Shown: positions 54,170 to 64,000 of the stretch, one piece after another
How positions within the stretch are numbered: the first letter of the stretch is position 1
Layout of the letters: the number at the start of each line of letters is the position of its first letter
Source of the DNA: Octopus sinensis
Lineage: Eukaryota
Direction of reading: 5' to 3'
NCBI RefSeq assembly: GCF_006345805.1
Contig: NC_043024.1
Location: forward strand, 6,014,001 to 6,078,000
Length of the DNA: 64,000 nucleotides
Made by a program: the position numbers and the translations under genes
The notes under the pieces: generated by a model
What the model was told of the DNA's origin: nothing
Databases searched by the model: none
The model's input: only the letters and a program-made list of their open reading frames with translations

Positions 54170-55967
54170 GTATGGCTCACTTATTCTTACTATTTCTTGC
54201 TTTAAATGTTTCTTTTACTGGTTTCAGTCATTAGACTGCAGCCATACTGGAGCACAACCACGAAAAGATTTAGCCAAATGAATCAACCCCAGTACTCTTT
54301 TTTTATTTTTTATATATAAACCTGCTACTTATATCAATCTCCTTTACTGAATTGCTAAGTTACAGGGATGTAAACAAACCAACACCAGTTGTCAAGCAGT
54401 AATGGAAGTGAAATACACACACACACACACATACATTTATGACAAGCTTTTTTTTTCGGTTTCTGTCTACCACACTCGCTGCCAAAGCTTTGGTTGGCCC
54501 AAGACTACCATAGAAGACACTTACTCAAGGTGCCATACAGTGGGACTGAACCCGAAACCATGTGGTTGGGCAGCAAGCTTCTTAGCACACAGCAACACTT
54601 GTGCCTTGTGTACCTTTAATAAAGTGTTCCCTGATGATCCATTGTGGTCGAGTATTTGGAACACTCTGTGTGTATGTTTGTCTCCCATCATTACTTGATA
54701 ACCGGTGTTGGTGTGTTTACATCCTGGTAACTTAGCAGTTCAGCAACAGAGACCAATAAAATAAGTACCAGGCTTTAAAAAGAAACTAAGTGCTGGCGTC
54801 GATTCATTTGACTAAAATCTCTTCGAGGTGGTGCCCCAGCATGGCCGTCGTACAAGATAAGATATATATGTAGGTGCATGCATGGCTGTATGGTGGAAAA
54901 GTTCATTTCCCACCAACATGGTTTCAAGTTCCACCACATGGCACCATGGACAAGTGTCTTTAAGAGTGAATCTGGTTGATGAGAACTGTACAGAAGTCCA
55001 TTTGTGTGTGTGTATTGGTGTTGGTTTGTTTATGTCCCTTTAACTTGGCAGTTCAGTGAGGAAAAGACTGACAGAATAACTATCAGACATGCAAAATAAG
55101 CATTGGGGTACACCGAGTGAGTTGTATTATAGCTGGAAGCTTAGTGGTTAAGGTGGTTCATTCAGGATCATAAAATTGTGGTTTCAATTCCTGGTCCAGG
55201 TAATGCATTTTGTGTGTGTGTGTGAAGGCACATGGCTTAGTGGTTAAAGTGTCGGGCTCACAATCATGAGGTAATGAGTTTGGTTCTCGGCCTGGGCTGC
55301 ATGTTGTGTTCTTCAGCAAGACACTTTATTTCACATTGCTCCAGTCCAGTCAGTTGTAGAAATGACTTGTGACAAGAGAAGCAAGTAAAAGGGAGAAAAA
55401 AAATGTGTAGACACACCCACACACACATCATCATTTAATGTCCATCTTCCATGCTAGCATGGGTTAGATGTTTTGCACAGAGCTAGTAAGGCTAGGGACC
55501 ATGCCAGGCCCCATTGTCTGTTTTGGCATGGTTTCTATAGCAGGATATTTTTCCTAATGCCAACCACTCCACAGAGTGTACTGGGAGCTTTTTATATGGC
55601 ACCAGTGCTTTTTATGTGGCATCCGCACTGGTACCAATTCTGCTGTGGTTGGCAAGTGTTCTTCAGCACACATACCTTTACACATTTGCTATGGACACAT
55701 GGACGGATAGAACACTATTTTATGGCATTATGTGGAGTTTGGGTCTGGCTTGGAACAGATCACTCCTGTTGATATGTATTTCAATTACACATGTAAGAAA
55801 TAACTTGGTTAACAAACAGGGCTTTTGAACAGAATATGCTCATATACAGTGACACCACTCTGTTTGTGTATGTTTGTGAGAGTGTCTATTTATTTTTTAT
55901 TGTAACAGAGTACTGATTCTCATAACTGTCTTGGTTCACTAATTGTATTTCTTGATCATCATTTCAG

Positions 55968-56085
55968 AAATATTGTTCATGGCAGTGACTCTGTGACATC
56001 AGCCAACCATGAAATAAGTCTTTGGTTTTCTTCTGATGAACTCATCTCTTGGGAATCGGCAACGGAACACTTGCGATACGAATGA
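55968..56085 (+). CDS. NDPK coding exon 4, aa 131-169 plus stop (118 nt), with catalytic His
   Basis: Acceptor catttcag; (R)NIVHGSDSVTSANHEISLWFSSDELISWESATEHLRYE*; frame continuous across all four exons, 510 nt total. Confidence 0.96.
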
Positions 56086-56189
56086 TTTTGGTGTAGTTAC
56101 AGACTTCAGCTTGAAATGATGATATTTCATCAAGGAATTCCTCCATCTTGCCTCATCACATCCGACTTGTCATTATTTGTTTAGGGATC

Positions 56190-57100
56190 TTTATTACAGG
56201 GACCTGTACACCCCAAGGTATCTTAACACCACAAGATATTACTACTTCACTGGGATCTCTACTTCAGCTTTACTACAGGAACCACCAATGCAAAGACTTC
56301 TGCCCCTCAAGGATCTCTAGCCAAAGACCTCTACAACACAGGACCTTTACCACAAAGACATATACACTACAGGAGTTGCTATCACAGTGTCATCTACCAC
56401 TGGGGCTACTACAATAAGGGTTTTTCCACAGGGGTCTCTTGCCCAAATATCTCTGTATTGCATCTTTGTCACAAGAACTTCTATCCCAATAAAAATATTT
56501 CCCACTAACACCTTTATCCCACAATGGCCTTTACCCCACAATGGCCTTTACCCCACAATAACCTTTCCCACAAACACCTCAATGCCATAATGGTCTTTCC
56601 CACAAACACCTCAATGACACAGTGGTCTTTCCCACAGGCATCTCAATGCCACAGTGGCCTTTCCCACAGACACTTCAATCTCACAAAGATATTTCCCACA
56701 AAGATCTCTTTTCTACATGTCTTTCCCACAAACACCTGCACTACATGAATGTTTCCCACAAACATATCTATGCAACATGAATCTTTCACACAGACACTTA
56801 TATACTTTGCGAATCTTTCCCATAAACACCTCTATGCTATATGAATGTTTCCCACAAACAGCTCTACACAACATGAATCTTTCCCACAAGAATCTTTACT
56901 TGAGCAATTTCTACCTAACAAGGATCTCTAATGCGAGCAGTTCTACACAATATGAATCCCTACCACAATGACCTCTGCACCAAAAGGACTTCTCAGTCAC
57001 AGAGACATCTACCACAGATTCTCTACCATAGGGTCCTCTACCCTACACAGATCTCAGACAGAAACCTCTACACTACAAGAATCTCTCCCACAGGGACTGT
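56190..57100. repeat. Old C/A-rich minisatellite in the putative 3' UTR; 32-bp-period core 56597-56888
   Basis: TTCCCACA at 56597, 56629, 56661, 56693, 56723, 56753, 56849, 56881; variants at 56785 and 56817. Confidence 0.85.
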
Positions 57101-57150
57101 TACATTACTGTGTTATATTTCAGAAACTTGTGTAATGAAATTTGTTAAAT

Positions 57151-57156
57151 AATAAA
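57151..57156 (+). terminator. Probable polyadenylation signal of the NDPK gene
   Basis: AATAAA about 1.07 kb after the stop, followed by T/TG-rich sequence. Confidence 0.6.
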
Positions 57157-58774
57157 AGCTATATCGACAATTGCATCTCTTGATTGATTTAATTAATTGA
57201 TTATTAAAAAATTGATTTGCTTGATTGATTTAATTAACTGATTATTAAAAAAAATCAATAGGATGATGGAACTGGGGGTGATCTTTGCTTTGTCATAGCA
57301 AGGGTTCTCAGTGCCTCTGGGAAAGAGGTGGTGATGAACCACCTACCAAAAAGTTAATTGATTAATTAATTACAAAACTTGATTTACCAGTGCTTAATAC
57401 AATTTACATTTTGATGGAGGGAACCTGTGGAAGAGGTGGACATGGGATGAGGTGGTGAAATATGATCTTCGAATGTTCGGCCTCGTGGAGGCAGTGACAA
57501 GTGACAGACCTTTGGCAATGTGTCACGCTTGAGGAGACCCATCAAGCACAGTGAGATTGTAGTCGTAGCTGATGCCAGTGCTGTGTAAGTAGCACCCGTG
57601 CCAGTGGCACATAAAAAGTAACCCTTTGAACGTTGGGCAATATGCCATGCTTGAGAAGTCCTGTCAAGCCAAGTGAGATTGTTGTGATGGCCAATACCAG
57701 TGTCGTGTGGCACGTAAAGAGCCTCCTTTAAATGTTGGGTGGTGACAAGTGACTGAAACCCTTAACGATATGCCATGCTTGAAAAAACCTGTGAAGCCAA
57801 GTGAGATCGTAGTCATGATCAGTGCCAGTGTTACGTAACTGGCACTCATGTTGGTGACATGTAAAAAAGCACCCACTACACTCTTGGAATAATTGGTATT
57901 AGGACGGCGGCGAGCTGGCAGAATCATTAGCATGCCAGGCGAAATGCGTAGCCGTATTTCGTCTGCTGTTACATTCTGAGTTCAAATTTCGCTGAGGTCA
58001 ACTTTGCCTTTTATCCTTTCGGGGTCAATTAAATAAGTACCAGTTACACACTGGGGTCAATATAATCGGCTTAATCTGTTTTTCTGTCCTTGTTTGTCCT
58101 CTCTGTCTTTAGCCCCTTGTGGGTAGTAAAGAAATAGGTATTAGGAAAAGCATCCAGGTGTGGAAACCATGCCAAATCAGATTGGAACATGGTGCAGCTT
58201 ACCTGTTTTCAGTCAAACCATCCAACCCATGCCAGCATGGAAAATGGACGTTAAATAGTGATGAGGGTGATGTATTAATTTGAATCACTTTAAAATGGGA
58301 AACTTGTATCGTAGAATCAGATGCAGGAGGGTTTGGTATCAGGTTAAAAAGATGCATTAGTTTTTATAATTTACTGATTCTTCTTATCATCCTCGTTTTA
58401 ACATCCATCTTTATTTTTTTTTCATGCTTGCATTAGTCGGACAATTAATTGTAGCAGATTTTCTGTGGAAGGATTTTCTTTGTTGCCAACTCTCACCTGT
58501 TTTCCCATGGTCAGACATCCCTTTTTTTTCTTTTTATAGAATTTTGGAAATGAATGTAACTGCTTGTTTGACAGTGACATTCATTTTACAATTACCATAA
58601 AAACCTGAATTACAATTTTATTTTTGTTTTTTTTGTTGCTTAAATCCCAGTAATGAACCACCCTTGATGTGGTTTGGGGGAAAAAATATTGAAACACATC
58701 AATATGTCAGACAGGCAAAAAACGAGATAGGTGATTATAGGATGTGCTAGAAACAACAGCCAAATCTCCCTTAA

Positions 58775-58995
58775 CCCCTTAGCATTTAAACCGGCCATAT
58801 CCGGCCAAAGGTATTCTGCCTGTTTTATGTTCAAACTGGCCAGATCTGGTCTCTCACACCAATCCTACAATATCATCTTAAAAATTAACAGCTACCTCAT
58901 CAAAATCTCATAGTACCAAGATAATGCCTGATTAGTTCAAGGCAATGTGGATAAAAAGGGATTAATTTTGGCAGAATAATGCGAACACTAAAGGG
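58775..58995. mobile_element. piggyBac-type MITE, second subfamily
   Basis: TTAA at 58771-58774 and 58996-58999. Confidence 0.75.
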
Positions 58996-59993
58996 TTAAA
59001 CCACATTTTGATCTGAAAATATTTTCAAGTTTCTTTTCCCTTTCTTTTTTTTTCTTTTAATATATATATATATATATATATATTACCGAAAAGGCATCTC
59101 CCATCGTTTCTAAGTGCGTAGTGCCAAAGAAATTGGCCAAAATTGGTCTGGATGGAGGAGGAGTGAAAAATAAAATCATGAATTTTCCAAAAATTTTATT
59201 CATAAAAAGTCTCTCGTAATTTTCCAAGGCTGTGGTGAGAAAAAAAGAAATTAAGGAAAATCCCCGTCAAAATACACTACGGTATATCTAGAATAATAAG
59301 CGCAAAAATAAACTTACATAATTATGTGAATGTGTCGGTAGAGAGAAACATATATTTGTACACATACTTAAAATCCACAATGAAAGTTTTTTTTAGCTTT
59401 AACGTCAATAATTACGGGTAGTTAGGCAAGGGACGTAACTCTTGCTATTGTTGGTCACACGCAAATTATCTCCCGTGAAAAAGTACTGCGCTTGGTTGTA
59501 ACGACAAATTACACGCCAGTGAAGGCGTGAGCACACACACACACACACTGGTTCAGTTAGTTTTCATAAGCGAGATATTAAGTATAAAGTGGGTATTTGT
59601 ACAGTATTACAAATATATGTGTATTTAAAGACATACATGCATGTGTGTATGTATACGAAGGAGTACTGAAAAATTCCTAGCTTTAAGGGTGTCACGTAAG
59701 GCCTGGTTGGAGGCTCAACCTTCCCAGTTGTTTTACTGAGCTTAGAAAAACTGAAGGACTGCTGCAATGAGTGTGTGAATCTGAGAGGGGAATATGTCGA
59801 ATAAAATGATAACTAATTGTTCTTCAATGTGAGGTATATCTGCCATCTCAATATGGCTAACCACTAAGGGTGGGTGTTACTGTAGCTTGTAGCCCCAGGA
59901 GAACATCTCCTCCAGCTGGCTTTAGGCACACTTTCTGTGCCCTATCGGTATTTGCAAAGGGAGGTCACCCTTCTCTCGTCAACCTAAGTGATA

Positions 59994-60038
59994 TGCACGG
60001 ACTGCAGTTTCTGGGTATTGACCCGTCATCAGCGTACG
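59994..60038 (-). ncRNA. Minimal type I hammerhead, left-arm copy
   Basis: Reverse complement of 60076-60120 with one substitution in stem I. Confidence 0.7.
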
Positions 60039-60075
60039 ACAATCACTGGTTTTCGATGAAAGGAGTCCCAATTGT

Positions 60076-60120
60076 CGTACGCTGATGACGGGTCAATACC
60101 CAGAAACTGCAGTCCGTGCG
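60076..60120 (+). ncRNA. Minimal type I hammerhead, right-arm copy
   Basis: CGTACG-CTGATGA(60082-88)-C-GGGT-CAAT-ACCC-A-GAAAC(60103-07)-TGCA-GTC^-CGTGCG. Confidence 0.75.
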
Positions 60121-61000
60121 TATCACTTAGGTTGACGAGAGAAGGGTGACCTCCCTTTGCAAATACCGATAGGGCACAGAAAGTGTGCCTAAAGCCAGCT
60201 GGAGGAGATGTTCTCCTGGGGCTACAAGCTACAGTAACACCCACCCTTAGTGGATAACCATATTGAGATGGCAGATATACCTCACATTTACGTGCAGTTA
60301 CTGTTTATACCTCGTTCAGAGATTTATTATTAATTGTTCTTCCTGTATTTTCTTTTACGCCAAGCCAGGAACTTTCCAGCGCCTTCTCGCGCGCGCGCGT
60401 GGAAAACGCTTACTGAAACAGATTCGTAAGCCAACAAAATATTCTTTGGGAATCAACGACGGTTATCTATCCTGATCGAACAATCTAGAATATTCCAGAA
60501 CATTCTAGGCGAACATGGTTAGTTACCCCTTCGCTAATTTACCAGAGGCATAAACTCATGATCAATACGCAGGTGATCACTAGTGGCACATCGCCTATTT
60601 AAGCGTGAACACCCATTCGAACAACCTCTCTTCTCTAACTGCTTCTACGAGACGCGACAAGGTCCACCGCGACCACGAGAGAGCCAGGCACATGAATTCG
60701 ATATCTAATTTCCTACCAGTAGCTCGCCATGGTATTCTACGTCTAGTGCCCGTGAAAAGTAGATCTCGTAGCTTCATTTACTTCTACTTACTCAAAGTTA
60801 TCACGGAACATGACAAGTTGTTCAAACCCTTTCTTCTTCCCAGAAATCTTTATTGAACAGTGGATACTCGCGTGTCTGAATAAAACATTGAACGTGAAGT
60901 TATTCGCATAGAAGTATTTCATGGTTACTTGATTAATGATTCAGTCCAATTATTAAAGTGTTCACGTTTTTATCAGCGACCTAAATATTTAGCGACTCGC

Positions 61001-61040
<40 letters not shown>

Positions 61041-61045
61041 ATATA

Positions 61046-61081
<36 letters not shown>

Positions 61082-61085
<4 letters not shown>

Positions 61086-61690
61086 CTTATAAAACAAAGG
61101 CAAAAGAAAAAATTCTAATGCCGAAAATAGACAAATTGTCAATAACCATTATAATTTATCACTATTAACATGCGTCTCGAAACAAGCCGATAGAAATTTC
61201 TAAAAAATTCCGTTATTACTATATTGGTCCCAATTTCAGAGTTAATTCATAAGAATTTTCTCCTCCTCAGCGATAAATACGTAAGACATAAATGAAATAC
61301 TTACTCATACCCACGGAAAAAGCAAGCACTAAGTCCTGAGCAGACCTAAGGACCCGAAATATATCCAAAATAGATGTGCTGATGATTTTCTATTTTGGAT
61401 ATATTTGGGGTACTTAGGTCTGCTCAGGACTTAGTGCTTGCTTTTTCCGTGGGTATGAGTAAGTATTTCATTTATGTCTTACGTATTTATCGCTGAGGAA
61501 GGGAAAATTCTTATGAATTAACTCTAAAATTGGGACCAATACGGTATTAACGGAATTTTTCAGAAATTTCTGTCGGCTTGTTTCGAGACGCAAGTTAATA
61601 GTGATAAATTATAATGGTTATTGACAATTTGTCTATTTTCGGCATATTTGGCATTAGAATTTTTTCTTTTGCCCTTGTTTTATAAGTTAT
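61082..61690. repeat. About 610-bp foldback (arms 293/302 bp, 14-nt loop)
   Basis: Arms 61082-61374 and 61389-61690; about 12 mismatches and a 9-nt insertion in the right arm. Confidence 0.9.
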
Positions 61691-61769
61691 CTATAAATTT
61701 AACCTTTAAAGGTATTTTTTAATATGCTGGCCATTGATATAATTTTTTCGAAAAATTTTTTCCTATATT

Positions 61770-61806
<37 letters not shown>

Positions 61807-61835
61807 CAAAATAAGGAACAGGATATCAAGAAGTG

Positions 61836-61923
61836 ATTCAGTACGACTGTTTCAAGCGACTCCATTTAACTGAACAATACAATCATTATATCAATTTAAA
61901 TGCAGTGCTATCATCAGCTGCAC
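61836..61923 (-). ncRNA. Type I hammerhead motif, left arm
   Basis: GTGCAG-CTGATGA(61917-61911)-long stem II-GAAAC-AGTC-GTA^-CTGAAT; one mismatch in stem I. Confidence 0.55.
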
Positions 61924-62143
61924 AAATAAATAGAATTTTAATCGGTTGGACACATTAATATAATTTTTCTCAAATACTTTAACAGAGCAAAAGGATGGAA
62001 GAAATCGATATTTTCGCTATTGTAACTAAAAACAGACTTAGCTATAATAGCGACAACATGGATTTCTTCCATTTTCTTGGTCTGTTAAAGTTTTTGAGAA
62101 AAATTATATTAATGTGTCCAACCGATTAAAATTCTATTTATTT

Positions 62144-62231
62144 GTGCAGCTGAGGATAGTCCTGCTTTTAAATTGCTGTAATGATTGCACTGTTCAATTA
62201 AATGGAGTCGCTTGAAACGGTCGTACTGCAT
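62144..62231 (+). ncRNA. Type I hammerhead motif, right arm
   Basis: GTGCAG-CTGAGGA(62150-56)-57-nt imperfect stem II-GAAAC(62214-18)-GGTC-GTA^-CTGCAT. Confidence 0.6.
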
Positions 62232-62529
62232 CACTTTTTGATATCCTGTTGCTTATTTTGATTACATATATATCACGTGACCAACCAGGCTATCAGATGT
62301 TACACATCGCTGGTCCCAATGCGATTCTGCATTGCTTTAGCCTTCAAATGACGTCACCCCACTGGCTAGGTCAGCGGGTCAAATTATCCCCCCTGATCGA
62401 AAGCGGGGACTGGAGCAACGTGAAATGAAATGTTTTGCTCAAGAACACAACGCGCCGCCCAGTCAGGGAATCGAACCGACGAGCTAGCAATCGTGAGTGC
62501 AATAGCTTAACCACCAGGCCATACATATA

Positions 62530-63290
62530 TATTGACCAAAAGTTCATTTTTTAAAAAGCGAAAATGACACAAGTTTGAAACACAAAGCGATTTATTCAAC
62601 TGTCTCGTTCCAGTATCTTCTGCCATCTTGTGGACAGATCCATTATTCCCTGCCCAAAGAATTTCATATCTTTACTGGCAAAAAACTTTTCCTAACGAAT
62701 TTTTACGTCCTCTTAAGATTTGAAGATCTGTCGTTCCAACAAATTTTGAAGAGTCCATAAACAAGTGGAATTCTGAAGGTTCAAGGTCGGGCGAATACGG
62801 AGGATACGACAAAAGTTCCCAACCAAGCCCCAGTAACTTCTAACACGTCTGCAAAGAAGTGTGCGGTCTGACATTGTTGTGATAAAAGTCAATACCTATT
62901 TCTTTACTGCCCACTAGGAGCAAACAGAGGGGACAAACAAGGACAGACAAACGGATTAAGTCGATTATATCGACCCCAGTGCGTAACTGGTACTTAATTT
63001 ATCGACCCCGAAAGGATGAAAGGCAAAGTCGACCTCGGCGGAATTTGAACTCAGAATGTAACGGCAGACGAAATACGGCTACACATTTCGCCCGGCGTGC
63101 TAACGATTCTGCCAGCTCTGAAAGTCAATGCCTTTACGATTAAGAGGTGTTGGATGGTTCTGGTGGATCGCTGCATTTAATTTGTCCAGCTGCTAACATC
63201 ACACACCCGAATTGATGGTCTTGTCTGTGAGAAGCTTGGTAAAAGACAACATCCTTCTAATTCCATCAAATTAAAAGCATAACCTTTGTT
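62530..63290 (-). pseudogene. Mariner transposase remnant split by a SINE
   Basis: KTINSGV*C*QLDKLNAAI..NRKGIDFYHNNVRPHTS..LGWELLSYPPYSPDLEPSEFHLF; frame rejoins after removing 62894-63120 and one TSD copy. Confidence 0.85.
62894..63120 (-). mobile_element. Young SINE A copy with 9-bp TSD
   Basis: AAAGTCAAT at 62885-62893 and 63121-63129. Confidence 0.9.
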
Positions 63291-64000
63291 TATGGTGGTT
63301 CGCGACGCTTCCTCCACGACCGTTTACACTTTACATATAAAAGATATATAACGTCGGAGAACGCTGAAGCCAGCGCAAGCATGGTCATATCAACAGAGCT
63401 TAACGAAAACTAAAATTCCAACTCCTTCGTCCAAGGCAGGTGTCTACTGTGTAGAAAGTCGGCCAGAAGAACGATCCACATCGAGCGAGTATGGGAGCAG
63501 AAAAGTGCAGAAACACAATTAGGCTTAAAAAGTATATCTTTATGGATTACAAACTACAGATTACGAAATAAAGACTAAAAAATAAACAAAAGGAATTCTG
63601 TAATAGTCTTATCTCGACTCATCTGTTTTTCTTTAGAATCTACTTATCCATTCTACTGACATTTACCACCTACCGTTTTGCATTCCTTGTTATTGTCTGT
63701 ACTTTGACAGACTTCCCTGCTGTCTTCGTTACTTCCTTTTCTTATAATCTGTTTTATCTATTCTTTTCTTTGGTTATCATCAACTGAGTCTTCATTGTAT
63801 GAATTCCTCTTTCGTCACCCTACCTTTCTTCTCCTTCCTTTTCTCCCCCCTAATATTAAATTCTTATTTTTCCTAAACCCTTTCCACACCCCTTGTAAAT
63901 CTCTGTATTTGTAAATACTGCAAACAAATACGTCTTTTGCCACATTCTTCCGATGAGGAGGACCTGGCCTCACCTAACAGAAACTCATTTTATTTCATAC

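Larger units (their letters stand above)
59826..60330 (+). mobile_element. Palindromic Penelope-like insertion: 218-bp inverted arms, 27-nt loop, 42-nt tail
   Basis: Arms 59826-60043 and 60071-60288 with 3 mismatches; direct repeat TAATTGTTCTTC at 59814-59825 and 60331-60342. Confidence 0.8.
59656..60389. mobile_element. Mariner-type MITE interrupted by a palindromic insert
   Basis: 59656-59825 and 60343-60389 match the reverse complement of 50997-51214. Confidence 0.8.
61803..62264. mobile_element. Second palindromic Penelope-like element
   Basis: Diverged inverted arms around a short loop near 62030-62037; one HHR motif per arm. Confidence 0.7.

Noticed and set aside
56597-56888. CRISPR-like repeat/spacer appearance
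   Set aside because: Conserved core is only 8-10 bp, spacers are related to each other, eukaryotic context, no cas genes
59870-60244. Two near-identical 71-aa ORFs on opposite strands
   Set aside because: Direct consequence of the palindrome; GTG-initiated, no homology
61490-61580. CTGAGGA..GAAAT..GTC inside the 610-bp foldback
   Set aside because: No stem I pairing
63940-63990. CCGATGA..GAAAC motif after a pyrimidine-rich tract
   Set aside because: Core mutated, no stem I or cleavage triplet; may be a dead Penelope remnant, truncated by window end

Overview
Eukaryotic, AT-rich, repeat-saturated genomic window. The SINE families and microsatellite load suggest an octopod cephalopod (inference, no database search). 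One protein-coding gene is recognisable: a 4-exon, 169-aa Group I nucleoside diphosphate kinase (NME/NDPK) on + (40164-56085), with an NME3-like hydrophobic N-terminal extension and several unusual interface substitutions. The rest is SINEs (at least 4 families), microsatellites, decayed mariner/Tc1/Tigger/hAT/piggyBac elements, an RTE LINE, R4/Dong-like LINE fragments and one 100-N gap. Almost all ORFs in the supplied track are microsatellite artefacts. The main unexpected signal is a set of minimal type I hammerhead ribozyme (HHR) motifs of the Penelope-element type, from at least three sequence families. Two of them occur as head-to-head inverted pairs forming long hairpins (59826-60288 and 61803-62264); the first is flanked by a 12-bp target-site duplication. 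A third 610-bp foldback lies between them. The putative NME 3' UTR carries a 32-bp-period array of TTCCCACA, the CSL/Su(H) site on the minus strand. All folds, alignments and family names were read by eye or recalled, not computed.
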